58,658 bases of DNA from Eledone cirrhosa. Its lineage: Eukaryota. The translations under genes and the position numbers were made by a program. The stretch covers positions 1-58,658 of the forward strand of contig CAXHJY010000283.1 in the NCBI GenBank assembly GCA_964016885.1, given 5' to 3'. Of the stretch, positions 1-18,267 are shown piece by piece. How positions within the stretch are numbered: position 1 is the stretch's first letter; each line of letters begins with the position of its first letter. A model generated the notes under the pieces. That model searched no databases. It was not told the origin of the DNA and worked only from the letters and a program-made list of their open reading frames with translations.

Positions 1-8
1 TATATATA

Positions 9-41
<33 letters not shown>

Positions 42-184
42 ATAGATATATATATGTATATATATATATATGTATATATGTGTATATATATATATATGTG
101 TGTGTATATATATATATATGTATATATGTGTATATATGTGTATATATTTATATATATGTGTGTGTATATATATATATATACATA

Positions 185-251
<67 letters not shown>

Positions 252-256
252 GTGTG

Positions 257-290
<34 letters not shown>

Positions 291-294
291 CATG

Positions 295-351
<57 letters not shown>

Positions 352-353
352 GT

Positions 354-388
<35 letters not shown>

Positions 389-512
389 GTATATATATAT
401 TTATATATATACATGTTATATATATTTATATATATACATGTTTATATATATATATTTATATATATATATGTATATTATATGTTTATATATATATATGTCT
501 ATATATATATAT

Positions 513-584
<72 letters not shown>

Positions 585-649
585 ATATATATATACATAG
601 ATATGTGTGTATATATATATATATATGTATATACATATATATATATATG

Positions 650-750
<101 letters not shown>

Positions 751-837
751 GTATATATATATTTATATATATACATGTTTATATAGATATGTTTATATAT
801 ATATGTATATATATATATGTTTATATATATATATATA

Positions 838-1408
<571 letters not shown>

Positions 1409-1421
1409 GTATATATATATG

Positions 1422-1506
<85 letters not shown>

Positions 1507-1585
1507 GTATATATATATGTATATGTATATATATGTATATATATATCTGTATATGTATATATATATATGTATATATATATATCTC

Positions 1586-1616
<31 letters not shown>

Positions 1617-1675
1617 GTATATATATATATGTATATGTATATATATATATGTATATGTATATATATATGTATATA

Positions 1676-1714
<39 letters not shown>

Positions 1715-1781
1715 ATATATGTGTTTATATATATATATGTGTATATATATATATATAAATGTGTGTGTGTGTATATATATT

Positions 1782-1872
<91 letters not shown>

Positions 1873-1893
1873 ATATATTTATATATGCGTATA

Positions 1894-1978
<85 letters not shown>

Positions 1979-2079
1979 GTGTGTGTATATATATATATGT
2001 GTATATATATGTGTATATATATATATATATGTATATATATGTGTATATATATGTGTATATATATATATATATGTATATA

Positions 2080-2113
<34 letters not shown>

Positions 2114-2159
2114 TATATATATGTGTGTATATATATATATATATGTATATATATGTATA

Positions 2160-2236
<77 letters not shown>

Positions 2237-2323
2237 ATATATATATATATTTATATATATATATATGTGTATATATATATATATAAATGTGTGTGTGTGT
2301 ATATATATTTATATATATATATA

Positions 2324-2486
<163 letters not shown>

Positions 2487-2621
2487 GTATATATGTGTAT
2501 ATATATATATATGTGTGTGTATATATATATATATGTATATATGTGTATATATGTGTATATATATATATATATGTGTGTGTATATATATATACATATGTAT
2601 ATATATATATATATATATGTA

Positions 2622-2663
<42 letters not shown>

Positions 2664-2668
2664 GTGTG

Positions 2669-2837
<169 letters not shown>

Positions 2838-2962
2838 GTATATATATATTTATATATATACATGTTATATATATTTATATATATACATGTTTATATATAT
2901 ATGTTTATATATATATATGTATATATATATGTTTATATATATATATGTCCATATATATATAT

Positions 2963-3037
<75 letters not shown>

Positions 3038-3047
3038 GATATGTGTG

Positions 3048-3138
<91 letters not shown>

Positions 3139-3227
3139 GTATATATATATTTATATATATACATGTTTATATAGATATGTTTATATATATATGTATATAT
3201 ATATATGTTTATATATATATATATGTC

Positions 3228-3295
<68 letters not shown>

Positions 3296-3299
<4 letters not shown>

Positions 3300-3653
3300 T
3301 AGAAGTGAGTTTTTTTTACAAATGAAAAATAACCGAGGTCTCCTACACGAATGAAAGTATAAAGAAAAAGAGATGAAGTCGAAAATGCAACTGGAGTCTT
3401 ATTTTTTTTTCAAATATATATATTTATTTGGTTCCTTTACCGGTTTCGCAGTTCTTCTGCTTTTCAAAAGTAGAGTTGAGATGGAGGGTCTTTGGATGTT
3501 ATCAAATCTGATGTGAGAAAAACCACAGACCCTCCATCTCAACTCTACTTTTGAAAAGCAGAAGATCCGCGAAACCGGTAAAGGAACCAAATAAATATAT
3601 ATATTTTTTAAAAAAATAAGACTCCAGTTGCATTTTCGATTTCATCTCGCTTT

Positions 3654-3657
<4 letters not shown>
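3296..3657. mobile_element. Fold-back element family A, copy 2
   Basis: Near-identical to 959-1314; HHR-like motif at 3548-3583. Confidence 0.8.
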
Positions 3658-3737
<80 letters not shown>

Positions 3738-3753
3738 TATGTATATATATATG

Positions 3754-3836
<83 letters not shown>

Positions 3837-3915
3837 GTATATATATATGTATATGTATATATATGTATATATATATCTGTATATGTATATATATATATGT
3901 ATATATATATATCTC

Positions 3916-3946
<31 letters not shown>

Positions 3947-4005
3947 GTATATATATATATGTATATGTATATATATATATGTATATGTATACATATATGT
4001 ATATA

Positions 4006-4046
<41 letters not shown>

Positions 4047-4113
4047 ATATATGTGTTTATATATATATATGTGTATATATATATATATAAATGTGTGTGT
4101 GTGTATATATATT

Positions 4114-4202
<89 letters not shown>

Positions 4203-4231
4203 ATATATTTATATATGCGTATATATATGTG

Positions 4232-4432
<201 letters not shown>

Positions 4433-4543
4433 GTATATATGTGTATATATATATATATGTGTGTGTATATATATATATATGTATATATGTGTATATATGT
4501 GTATATATATATATGTGTGTATATATATATATATATACATATG

Positions 4544-4682
<139 letters not shown>

Positions 4683-4700
4683 ATATATATATATATATGC

Positions 4701-4809
<109 letters not shown>

Positions 4810-4907
4810 GTATATATATATTTATATATATACATGTTTATATATATATGTTTATATATATATGTATATATATATGTTTATATATATATATGTCTATATA
4901 TATATAT

Positions 4908-4984
<77 letters not shown>

Positions 4985-4994
4985 GATATGTGTG

Positions 4995-5133
<139 letters not shown>

Positions 5134-5217
5134 GTATATATATATTTACATATATACATGTTTATATATATATATGTTTATATATATATGTATATATATA
5201 TGTTATATATATATATA

Positions 5218-5289
<72 letters not shown>

Positions 5290-5290
5290 T

Positions 5291-5646
5291 TAGAAAGTGA
5301 GTTTTTTTACAAATTGAAAAATAACCGAGGTCTCCTACCCGAGTGAAAGTATAAAGAAAAAGAGATGAAGTCGAAATGCAACTGGAGTCTTATTTTTTTT
5401 TCAAATGTATATATTTATTTGGTTCCTTTACCGGTTTCGCAGTTCTCTGCTTTTCAAAAGTAGAGTTGAGATGGAGGGTCTTTGGTTGTTATCACATCTG
5501 ATGTGAGAAAAACCACAGACCCTCCATCTCAACTCTACTTTTGAAAAGCAGAAGATCTGCGAAACCGGTAAAGGAACCAAATAAATATATATATTTTTTA
5601 AAAAAATAAGACTGCAGTTGCATTTTCGATTTCATCTCGCTTTCTT

Positions 5647-5647
<1 letters not shown>
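5291..5647. mobile_element. Fold-back element family A, copy 3
   Basis: Near-identical to 959-1314; HHR-like motif at 5538-5573. Confidence 0.8.
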
Positions 5648-5729
<82 letters not shown>

Positions 5730-5758
5730 GTATATATATAGTATATATATATATATGC

Positions 5759-5826
<68 letters not shown>

Positions 5827-5877
5827 GTATATATATATATGTATATGTATATATATGTATATATATATCTGTATATG

Positions 5878-5942
<65 letters not shown>

Positions 5943-5983
5943 GTATATATATGTATATGTATATATATATGTATATGTATATA

Positions 5984-6054
<71 letters not shown>

Positions 6055-6233
6055 TATGTATATATATATATTGTTATACTTTGGGAGGGTCATGTTGCCA
6101 ATAAGAAACACACGCACCAGTTGCTTTCACTTCAATTTATTATATATTTATAAATTTATAAATTTACAAATCTACAAACTTATAAATTTCTGGTTGGTTG
6201 GTTGGTTCCACAACCAGATAGTTGTTTATATAT

Positions 6234-6278
6234 AGTCATAGTCCTTTCGTCACACACTCTGTGACCTCTTCAGTGACT
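6234..6278 (-). ncRNA. Minimal type-I hammerhead ribozyme
   Basis: Minus strand reads AGUCA-CUGAAGA-g-GUCACA(gagug)UGUGAC-GAAA-GGAC-UA^-UGACU, with intact core and helices I and II. Confidence 0.8.
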
Positions 6279-6485
6279 GGGGATTCCTTTCTTTGTTTCT
6301 GTGCCTTTCCTTTCTTCTATCCTACGCCATTTTGTTTCTGTGTGTGTGTTGTGTGCTCAGTTTGCGCATGCGCCACATCCGGATGTCTGTGTGTGTTTGT
6401 GTTCATTTATCTATTTGTTTATTTATTTATTTATTATTGTTGGTTGGTTGTTTGTTCTATGTGTGTGTGTGTTTTCATTTTGTCC

Positions 6486-6649
6486 TTAATTGTAAGTTGT
6501 GATGTTGCTGTTCCACTCATATTTTCTATTTAATTTTGGTTGTAATTCTTTTATGCTTACTGCCTCTTTAATTTGCCTAAACATTGCATTTTTCTGTGTG
6601 TGGATTCTATTTTTATTTCTATGTTCTCTAATCTACCCCTGTGTTCTAT
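6486..6649 (-). pseudogene. C-terminal fragment of a PLE GIY-YIG endonuclease
   Basis: Manual translation [18 protein letters not shown]/frameshift/KNAMFRQIKEAVSIKELQPKLNRKYEW...*; RQIxEAxxI...LNxKxEW is typical of PLE ORF ends. Confidence 0.75.
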
Positions 6650-6774
6650 CTAAATTGAAGTGAAAGCAACTGGTGCGTGTGTTTCTTATTGGCAACATGA
6701 CCCTCCCAAAGTATAACAATATCGGTTTCAACACACGATTTCAGATAAAGAATCTTGCTAAACAAATTCAGAAA

Positions 6775-7050
<276 letters not shown>

Positions 7051-7093
7051 GTATATATATATGTATATATATATGTATATATATATGTATATA

Positions 7094-7143
<50 letters not shown>

Positions 7144-7153
7144 AATATATATG

Positions 7154-7188
<35 letters not shown>

Positions 7189-7225
7189 GTATATATATAT
7201 GTATATATATATGTATATATATATG

Positions 7226-7318
<93 letters not shown>

Positions 7319-7319
7319 G

Positions 7320-7385
<66 letters not shown>

Positions 7386-7411
7386 TATTTATATATATAT
7401 ACATATATATG

Positions 7412-7447
<36 letters not shown>

Positions 7448-7518
7448 TGTATATATATATGTATATATATGTATACATATATATATATATATATACATGT
7501 ATATATATATATATGTAC

Positions 7519-7636
<118 letters not shown>

Positions 7637-8027
7637 AAGTCATATTTAATTTGTTGGGATACAACAAGCAAATATTTTTATAACTGATATAAAGCACTCA
7701 ACAAATTATTGGAGTAAAAATACAATATATTACAAATGGAAACTATATTTATAAAACCATATTTATTTCATTATACATATTTCAAGGACACCAAGCAAAT
7801 AATAGTCCGCTTTCATCAGATAAAATATAATATAGATTAGTTTTATAAACAAATATTGACATACCCTTAAAGAATGCGACCATGTTGGATGGAAGCTCCG
7901 GATAGTGGGGTTATGAATTTATTTATACTATTATGCAAATTAGGGTCGGATATTTTTAAATGACAGTAGATTTAAAATAAGCTGTTGGGGCATGGAGAAA
8001 GGGAAAGAGAAAAAAGAGAAAAAAATG

Positions 8028-8387
8028 CACCACCACCACCACAACAACAACAAATGCACCACCACCAACAACAACAACAACAAAAGCACCACCACCAACA
8101 ACAACAACAACAACAGCACCACAACCACCACCACCACCAACAACAACAACAGCAGCAGCACTACGACCACCAACAACAACAACACCAACAACACCATCAA
8201 CACAAAGAATAACAATAACATCACCAACAACAACAACAGCACCACCACCAACAACAACAACAACAGCACCACAACCTCCACCAACAACAACAGCACCACC
8301 ACCAACAACAACAACAACAGCAGCAGCAGAACCACCACCACCACCAACAGCACCAACATCACCACCAACTACAACAACAGCAGCAGC

Positions 8388-8419
<32 letters not shown>

Positions 8420-8443
8420 CAGCAGCACCACAACAACAACAAC

Positions 8444-8475
<32 letters not shown>

Positions 8476-9100
8476 CAGCAGCACCACAACAACAACAACA
8501 CCACCACCACCAACAGCAGCACCACCACCAACAACAACAACAACAACAACAACACCACAAACAACAACAACAGCACCACCACCAACAACAACAACAACAG
8601 CAGCACCACCACCAACAACAACAACAGCAGCAGCACCACCACCAATAACAACAACAGCACCACTAACACCACCACCAACAACAGCAGCACCACCGCCACC
8701 AACAACAACAACAACAACACCACCACAAACAACAACAACAGCACCACCACCAACAACAACAACAACAGCAGCACCACCACCACCAACAACAACAGCAGCA
8801 GCACCACCACCAATAACAACAACAGTACCACTACCACCACCAACAACAACAGCACCACTACCACCACCAACAACAACAGCAGCACCACCACCACCAACAA
8901 CAACAGCACCACCACCACCAACAACAACAACAACAACAACAGCAGCAGCACCACCACCAACAACAACAACACAACAGCACCACCACCACCAACAACAACA
9001 ACAGCAGCACCACCACCAACAACAACAACAACCCCACCACCACCAACAACAACAACAACAACACAACAGCAGCACCACCACCACCAACAACAACAACAAC

Positions 9101-9132
<32 letters not shown>

Positions 9133-9142
9133 CAACAGCAGC

Positions 9143-9173
<31 letters not shown>

Positions 9174-9243
9174 GCAGCAGCATCACCACCAACAACAACA
9201 ACAGCAGCACCACCACCACCACCAACAACAACACAACAGCAGC

Positions 9244-9305
<62 letters not shown>

Positions 9306-9507
9306 CAGCAGCACCACCACCACCAACAACAACAACAACAACAGCAGCAGCATCACCACCAACAACAACAACAGCAGCACCACCACCACCAACAACAACA
9401 ACAACAACAGCAGCACCACCACCACCAACAACAACAGCAGCACCACCACCACCAACAACAACAACAACAGCAGCACCACCACCACCAACAACAACAGCAC
9501 CACCACC

Positions 9508-9539
<32 letters not shown>

Positions 9540-9621
9540 CAACACTACCACCACCACCAACAACAGCAGCACCACCACCACCACCAATAACAACAACAAC
9601 AGCAGCAGCACCACCACCACC

Positions 9622-9652
<31 letters not shown>

Positions 9653-9822
9653 CCACCACCAACAACAGCAGCACCACCACCACCATCACCTCCAACAACA
9701 ACAACAACAACACCACCACCAACAACAGCAGCACCACCACCACCAACAACAACAACAACAGCAGCAGCAACACCACCAATAACAACAACAGCACCACCCC
9801 CACTACCACCAACAACAACAGC

Positions 9823-9854
<32 letters not shown>

Positions 9855-10503
9855 CAACCGCAGCAGCACCACCACCACCAACAACAACAGCAGCAGCACC
9901 ACCACCAATAACAACAACAGCACCACCCCCAACACCACCAACAACAACAGCACCACCACCACCAACAACAACAACAGCAGCACCACCCCCACCACCAACA
10001 ACAGCAGCAGCACCACCACCACCAACAACAACCACAACAGCACCACCACCACCAACAACAACAGCAGCACCACCACCACCAACAACAACAACACCACCAC
10101 CAACAACAACAACAACAGCAGCACCACCTCCACCACCAAAAACAACAACAACCGCAGCAGCACCACCACCAACAACAACAACAGCGCCACCACCACCAAC
10201 AACAACAACAACAACAGCAGCACCACCACAACCAACAACCGCAACAACACCAGCACCACCACAACCAACAACCGCAACAACACCACCACCACCAACAACA
10301 ACAACAGCACCACCACCAACAACAACAACAACAACAACAGCAGCACCACCACCAACAACAACAACAACAGCACCAACACCACCACCAACAACAACAACAA
10401 CAGCAGCACCACCACAACCAACAACCGCAACAACACCACCACCACCAACAACAACAACAACAGCAGCACCACCACCACCAACAACAACAACAACAACAGC
10501 AAC

Positions 10504-10534
<31 letters not shown>

Positions 10535-11049
10535 GCACCAGCAGCACCACCACCAACAACAACAACAGCAGCAGCAGCACCAACAACAACAACAACAGCA
10601 CCACCACCCACAACAGCAGCAGCACCACCACCACCACCAACTACAACAACAGCACCACCAACAACAACAACAACAGCACCACCAACAACAGCAGCAGCAC
10701 CACCACCAACACCAACTACAACAACAACAGCACCACCAACAACAACAACAACAGCACCACCAACAACAACAACAACAGCAGCACCACCACGAACAACAGC
10801 AGCAGCAGCACCACCACCAACAACAACCGCAACAGCAGCAGCAGCACCAACAACCGCAACAGCAGCAGCAGCACCAACAACAACAACAACAACAATAGCA
10901 GCACCACCACCACCACCACCAACAACAACAACATCAACAGCAGCAGCAGCACCAACAACAACAACAATAACAACAGCAGCACCACCAACAACACCACCAC
11001 CACCAACAACAACAACAGCACCACCACCACCAACAACAATAGCACCACC

Positions 11050-11086
<37 letters not shown>

Positions 11087-11585
11087 GCAGCACCACTACC
11101 ACCACCACCAACAACAACAGCACCACCAACAACAACAACAATAGCACCACCACCAACAACAACAACACCAACAACACCAAGAACAACACCAACAACAACA
11201 ACAACAACAGCAGCAGCACCACCACCATCAACAACAACAACAACACCAACAACACCAACAACACCAATAACACCACCATCAACACCAACAACAGCACCAC
11301 CGCCAACAACAACAACACCACCAACAACAACAACAACAGCAGCAGCACCACCACCAACAACAACAACACCACCACATACAACAACAACAGCAGCACCACC
11401 ACCACCACCACCAGCAGCACCAACAATAGCACCAACAACAACAACAACAACAACAACAGCACCACCTACAACAACAACAGCAGCACCACCACCACCACCA
11501 CCAGCAGCACCAACAATAGCACCAACAACAACAACAACAGCACCACCTACAACAACAACAGCAGCACCACCACCAACAACAACCT
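8028..11585. repeat. ~3.5 kb compound (CAA/CAC/CAG)n trinucleotide array
   Basis: Cyclic runs of aac, agc and acc triplets with phase shifts. Confidence 0.95.
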
Positions 11586-11936
11586 CCATTATACAAAAGA
11601 GGTGACAAACCAAGATACGTTTCACTAAAATACTAATATAAACAAATAACAAAACAAGAGGTTGCCAAAATAGCAGCATGTTGGAGGGGTTTTGAAACAA
11701 AATAAGGTTCCACCCCCGTAAATTGGGTAAAGGGAATTAATAGTATATCAGGAAGAAGTGGGGCGAGTAGAAGCAAGAAATCCCTACCACTCTCATCCAC
11801 ACCGCCTCGCAATAACTGTTAAATAGTTATTTCCCTCATTCTGTTATTGTTATGTAAAAAGTGGTTTATGTTTGAAGGGAGGGAGTAAGGTAACCTACAT
11901 ACATGAATATATATATATATACGTATATGTATGTAT

Positions 11937-11991
<55 letters not shown>

Positions 11992-12416
11992 TAAAGTTAG
12001 TCCTTCATCAGTGATCTTCCAACCATCATTGGTATTTCATCGCTTTAAAGACCATATACCTCCGGTGAGTGCGAGAGAGAGTGTAAACAAACAAAGATGA
12101 TAAAGCAACGAAAAATGAGGAAGAAAGAGTCAAGTCCCAGATTTCCATGAATATAAGTTCGGTGAAATCGTGAACGAGAGAGAATAAAGACCATCAAATA
12201 TATATATATATATATGGAATAAAGACCATATCAAATATATGTATATATATGGCTGCTTTGTTAAGGGGTTCGCTTCCCTTTCACGGGGTTTTGAAATTCT
12301 GTCCTATTACGTGACACCGTGGGCAAGTAAGCGTTTTTCTTTTACCGTGTAGGAGTGTCTCAGATTGAGCAACTGTTTGTGAGTGAAATTTGGGAGATGG
12401 AAACGGAAGAAAGCTG

Positions 12417-12466
<50 letters not shown>

Positions 12467-12468
<2 letters not shown>

Positions 12469-12624
12469 CAAAGAAAGTGCGGTAAGAAACCAGGTGGACC
12501 ATAACACACCAGAGTACTCAATACTTAGGGTAATAGAGTGGGTAATAGGAAAAGATTCAGGACCCCGACGGATGAACCCCGGCTGTTTCAACAGCTAGAT
12601 CCGTTTGGGGTCCTGACTCTTCCC
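12467..12624. mobile_element. Fold-back family B copy (right arm partly deleted)
   Basis: Homologous to 18952-19146; adjoins (TA)n. Confidence 0.7.
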
Positions 12625-12990
12625 CACCCATCTCTCTCATATATATATATATATATGGGGGCGGGTGTCACTACCGGTCCTGTGGAAAACAACTCTATTA
12701 TGTCACTTGTGTCGTAAACCATGCAGATATACAGCTGGCCTAAAAAGTCATCTACGAAGTCATAGACGCAGATGGGATGATGACGAAGATTCAATAAGAG
12801 ACGGCAATCGTCTTTGAACAACAACAACACCACCACCACCACCACCGCCGCCGCCGCCACCGCCACCACCCAAGAAACAACAGCAACAACGAACGAAGCA
12901 ACAACAACCCAAGCAACAACAGCAACAGCAACAACAACAGCAACAACACCACCACCAACAGAAACACCAACCACAACAAGTAATCCTCAA

Positions 12991-13158
<168 letters not shown>

Positions 13159-13289
13159 CAGCGTTTATGACCCGTAACTTAGTGATTCCACAATACAGAG
13201 CCCGATAAAATAAGTAAAAGACTTGAAAAAAGGGTCAATTTTATTGGGATCAATTTGATTGACTCAAGCATAGCGTTGCGCCAGTAAAA

Positions 13290-13399
<110 letters not shown>

Positions 13400-13569
13400 A
13401 TACATACAAAGAGAGAGCGAGAGAGAGAGAGCGAGAGAATCGGCAAGTATTTAGCGCCCTGGGCTAGATCTACAATGCGCACCACATTTTCCCATAACTA
13501 TTTTCCGGTTCCCCTGACACGCCACCCTCAACGACATATTGAGAAGAAGCCTGGACGCAGCTGGCTTTC

Positions 13570-13990
13570 CATCTCTACTGGAGCCAGCAGGCCTAGACTG
13601 CGGAGATGGCAGCGCCCCGACGGAATCACCCTCTTCCCATTCGAAGAAGGTAGATCCCTCATCTGGGACGCCACCTGCTGCGACACGTCTCCGCCACCAA
13701 CTTAGTCGTTTCAGCCATAAACCCCGGCATCGCAGCCCGCCTCACAGAAGAACGTAAAATAAACAAATACCGGGGTTTTGTCCGGCCGCATCCTCTTCAC
13801 ACCAGACACCGTTGAGACCTCAGGTGTACTTGGACCCGCAAGATCGGAGCGTTGGCGGCCCGTCTGAGGAGGGAGCCTCACGAGGTTGGGTGGCTGTTGT
13901 AGCGGGTGTCACTGGCCATCGTCCGGGGGAATGCTTTTGCCGTCTTGTCAGCGGGGCACAACACTTCTGCCCTCTTGCACTAGGCCCAAA
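13570..13990 (+). mobile_element. Degenerate 3' end of a non-LTR element with restriction-like endonuclease (CRE-like)
   Basis: RPDGITLFPFEEGRSLIWDATCCDT...EERKINKY...VETSGVLGP...RVSLAIVRGNA across frameshifts. Confidence 0.7.
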
Positions 13991-14945
13991 GCCCAATCAC
14001 CCTCCTCCTTCACCCCTCCCCTCTCTTCTGCGACACCAGAGCTCTTTCCATCCCCTCTCCTTCCCGTTCTTTTTCTTCTTTCTTTCCCTTTTTTTTCTAT
14101 ATTTCCCTATTCTTTCTTTCTTTTTATTTCTCCCATTTTTTTTTCTTACTAAATTTTATTTTGAAAATAAACTTCTATGAACACTTTTATAGTTTCAATA
14201 AACTATCGGCAATGATAAACTCAGCATATAAAAAAAAAAAATTAGTAAGTAAGCAAAGGGCAGTGCCCCAGCATGGCCTCAGACGGATGGCTGGAACAGG
14301 TAAAAGAGTAAACCTAGTTTTTATACTTATTGTATTGACCACACTGAGAAAATTACTTAGCCTGCATAGCAGCGTTCGATAGTTCCATAAGGCTGCTAAG
14401 CGGCAAAGATGTTTACCGATTCATTTATTAATACACTTTGTTTCCATGTTCTGGTAGACATAGAATTCAGGCACCACACAATTTTTTTGTTTTCTTCCTC
14501 TGTGTATATCTCTCAGTGGAAATGATACCATATTCTCGGTCTCACTTTCAGTATAAAAGGATAAAATGATAAAGATCCCATAACTCCTTGTGGGGTCGTA
14601 GAGGCACCGTCATACGGTGTGTCTAGGGCATATTTAAACATGGCCGAGCCCAATACTCTCCAGGTCTGAACATTACTTATGTTGGTGGTCCACAGCGAAA
14701 AAAAAGGTTGAGAACCCCTGCCGTAAAGCATTCAATCCGACCTCTTGCGACTCTGCCAATTCGCCGTCTTATACTCCGTATAAGGAAATGATTAAAACCG
14801 CGTCATACATATACTTATGATCGTAGCGAAATAGGGTTTTTTTTGTGGATTTCTGGGTTTTTTAATACGTAGAAGGGCTGTTAGCGCTTGTACGACTTCC
14901 AACGAAACCAACTTTCGAAGTTGTGAAATAAAGTATTATGTAAGA

Positions 14946-15022
14946 AGCTGTCTGATGAAATCATGGCACTGGTTAGGCGGAATCGTGTGACCACTTTCGT
15001 CATTGAAATATGTATCATAGCT
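14946..15022 (+). ncRNA. Type-I hammerhead ribozyme in a PLE-like 3' end abutting (TA)n
   Basis: AGCUGU-CUGAUGA-long imperfect helix II-GAAA-U(augu)A-UC^-AUAGCU; predicted cut after 15016. Confidence 0.7.
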
Positions 15023-15065
15023 TTATCAATAACGGACCTTAACATCTGAAACTACTTCGCATTTT

Positions 15066-15127
<62 letters not shown>

Positions 15128-15297
15128 CCGTATTTCCCGGCGCCGAAGACGCTTCGTCCACGAGGAGGTACCCTAATTTTGACAACCAAAAATTTGAAGA
15201 AAAAAAATAAACTACCTTTCGGCTTCCAGGAAGCATGGTAGATTTTTTTAGACTTATTTTAGGAAAAAAGTACCGTCTTCGACGCCGGGAAATACGG
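15128..15297. mobile_element. MITE with ~24 bp TIRs (Tc1/mariner-pogo-like)
   Basis: ta|CCGTATTTCCCGGCGCCGAAGACG ... CGTCTTCGACGCCGGGAAATACGG; a related terminus occurs near 35200. Confidence 0.75.
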
Positions 15298-15306
15298 TTT
15301 ATATAA

Positions 15307-15347
<41 letters not shown>

Positions 15348-16013
15348 ACCTTATATATACTTTATATATAAATATATATATACCACCACCACTACCACCA
15401 CCGTGGCTATCATCTTGACGAACCCCACCATCTACACCACCATTCTCTCTATTTTCAATCTACCCCACACTCTTAATATCAAGAACAACAACAAACCACG
15501 ACCATCATCACCAGCACCGCCCTTCTTATCACTCCTGTCACCACTCCTATCACTATTACCATTATCATCACCAACAACAACAGTAACAACATGCTACCAC
15601 CATTTATAAACACCACAATAACAGTAATCTCTCCCATTACACCATTAACACCACCTCCATCAGCACTATTACGATAACAACAACCACCAGCACTATAGCA
15701 ACACAAACATTACAACGTCCATTACAATCACCGCCACTACCACCACCAACAGCCACCATCACCGCCACTACAACCATCACCGCCACTACAACCATCACCG
15801 CCACTAACACCCCCAACAACATCACTATCGCCAAGAGAACCATACCATCACTACTAGAGAGTGTCTCTCTTTTTCTCTCGCCATATATATATGTGCGTGT
15901 GTGAGTGTGAATGTATGAGTGTGAGTTTATGTGTATGTATGTGTATGTGTGTGTGTATATATATATTTATACACATACAGGGTGTCCTAAAAATATATGT
16001 ATATATATATATA

Positions 16014-16313
16014 TAATGTATAATAAACAATACAATATAATTACCTCATTACCAGAGGTTTCCCGAATAAGACGAATACAAAAAACGTCCTCATTCGTTC
16101 GTCGGACAAGGCAATTTAAAACGCTGTTGTTTTAAATTGCCTTGTCCGACGAACGAATGAGGACGTTTTTTGTATTCGTCTTATTCGGGAAACCTCTGGT
16201 AATGAGGTAATTATATTGTATTGTTTATTATACATTAAATTTTTCTCTGGTATTTACATAGAGCACTCTTCACTCCTTTGACTTTTTCAATTTTCAACCG
16301 AAACTTCAATACT
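16014..16313. mobile_element. Fold-back element family D
   Basis: Perfect 109 bp arms 16014-16122 and 16129-16237, 6-nt loop gctgtt, tail 16238-16313, TA flanks. Confidence 0.85.
16137..16210 (+). ncRNA. Type-I hammerhead motif (U4C variant), mirrored on the minus strand
   Basis: UUGCCUUGU-CCGACGA-helix II-GAAA-CC(ucu)GG-UA^-AUGAGGUAA; 9-bp helix I with G-U pairs. Confidence 0.7.
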
Positions 16314-16559
16314 TATATATATATATATATACACGAGTGTGTGAGTGTTTATATGTGCAAGGATGACACGCACAGTCTTCCCCCACCCTCATCAATCCCC
16401 GTCTTTCCGCCACCCTCACATATCCACGACGACCACCACCACCACCACACTGAAGTCATTTATCAGGGATCTGTAGTGTCAAACTTTGGGGCTCTGTCTT
16501 ATACAACACTAGTAGTACATGTGTACTTACATACTGGCCCCTCTCTTCTGGAGGTTATC

Positions 16560-17200
<641 letters not shown>

Positions 17201-17976
17201 GGCCGTTATGTTAGTTGTGTTGTTAAATTGGAGGGAGAAGGTTGCCGATAAAACCCCTCTAGATTCCGTTTTTACATGCTGAAACCTAATCTTATATGTA
17301 TATAAACAATGTCGTTGTTATTGCCCTTGTCATCGTCCTCATTGTTATTGTTGATGTTATTGTTGTTGTTGTCTTCAGTATAGATGCAATTGTAGTGTTA
17401 TAATGGATGTATTCCTTCTCAGCGGCCATGAGGAAGGGAGTTTTATTATTTGGGTAAATCAACTAATTCATTCACACAAATGCCAAATCTTACTTGTAAA
17501 ACATTCATATTCTTTTTCAAGTTTAGTATTACATGTTTATATCCCTTAAACACCCAGTTTTCAGTTGAGGCAACAGGGGTCTCACTATCAGTATTCTATG
17601 TATATAACGATCAATGTGTATTTCTCCAATCCTGTGAAACTTTAAGCAACATAATTTTTAGTTAAACTCATACATCGCTCAAATCATTTCAAAAAACCCT
17701 CTGCATACGCTGCAGTATTAAGCAGCGTATACACATACAACACATATGTATATATATATTTATTTTTATCCTTTACGCTCTTTCCTTCCTTCATTTCTCT
17801 ACACGTTACAGTCTTATACACGCCACGCATCTCAACGTACACCCACTTACATCTCTCTCTCCACCACCGGATCTTGTTACCCGGAGATTTACCCATCTGC
17901 ATTGTCGAGGCTTCCAAACGACTTAAAGAAATTTACCTTATTATTCCACAATGCTTCAAGCAAACTTCAATACTCT

Positions 17977-18033
<57 letters not shown>

Positions 18034-18035
<2 letters not shown>

Positions 18036-18225
18036 CGAAGGAAGTTTGGTAAGGAACCAGATGGACCATAACGCACCAGAGTACTCAAAACTTAGGGTAG
18101 TAGAGTGGGTAATAGGAAAATGTTTAACCCCGACGGCAGAGCTCAAGCCGTTTCCACGGCTATTTCAGTCCAGAAATAGCCGTCGAAACGGCTTGAGCTC
18201 TGCCGTCAGGGTTAAACATTTCCCC
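18034..18225. mobile_element. Fold-back family B copy
   Basis: ~52 bp arms around loop agtcca, tail ~18034-18112; arm contains GAAAC-GGC...GCC-GUC (3' half of an HHR); TA flanks. Confidence 0.8.
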
Positions 18226-18267
18226 ATATATATATATAACAGGAGGAAAAAAAAAAATATAACACCA

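Noticed and set aside
8359-11700. 1113 aa V/G/A-rich ORF
   Set aside because: Antisense of a trinucleotide array; no domain or splice evidence
7806-12025. Isolated minus-strand CTGATGA motifs near 7815 and 12008
   Set aside because: No matching GAAA or helices
16014-16237. Hairpins as MITEs or pre-miRNAs
   Set aside because: Asymmetric tails, embedded HHR motifs and no transposase-type termini, unlike the MITE at 15128-15297
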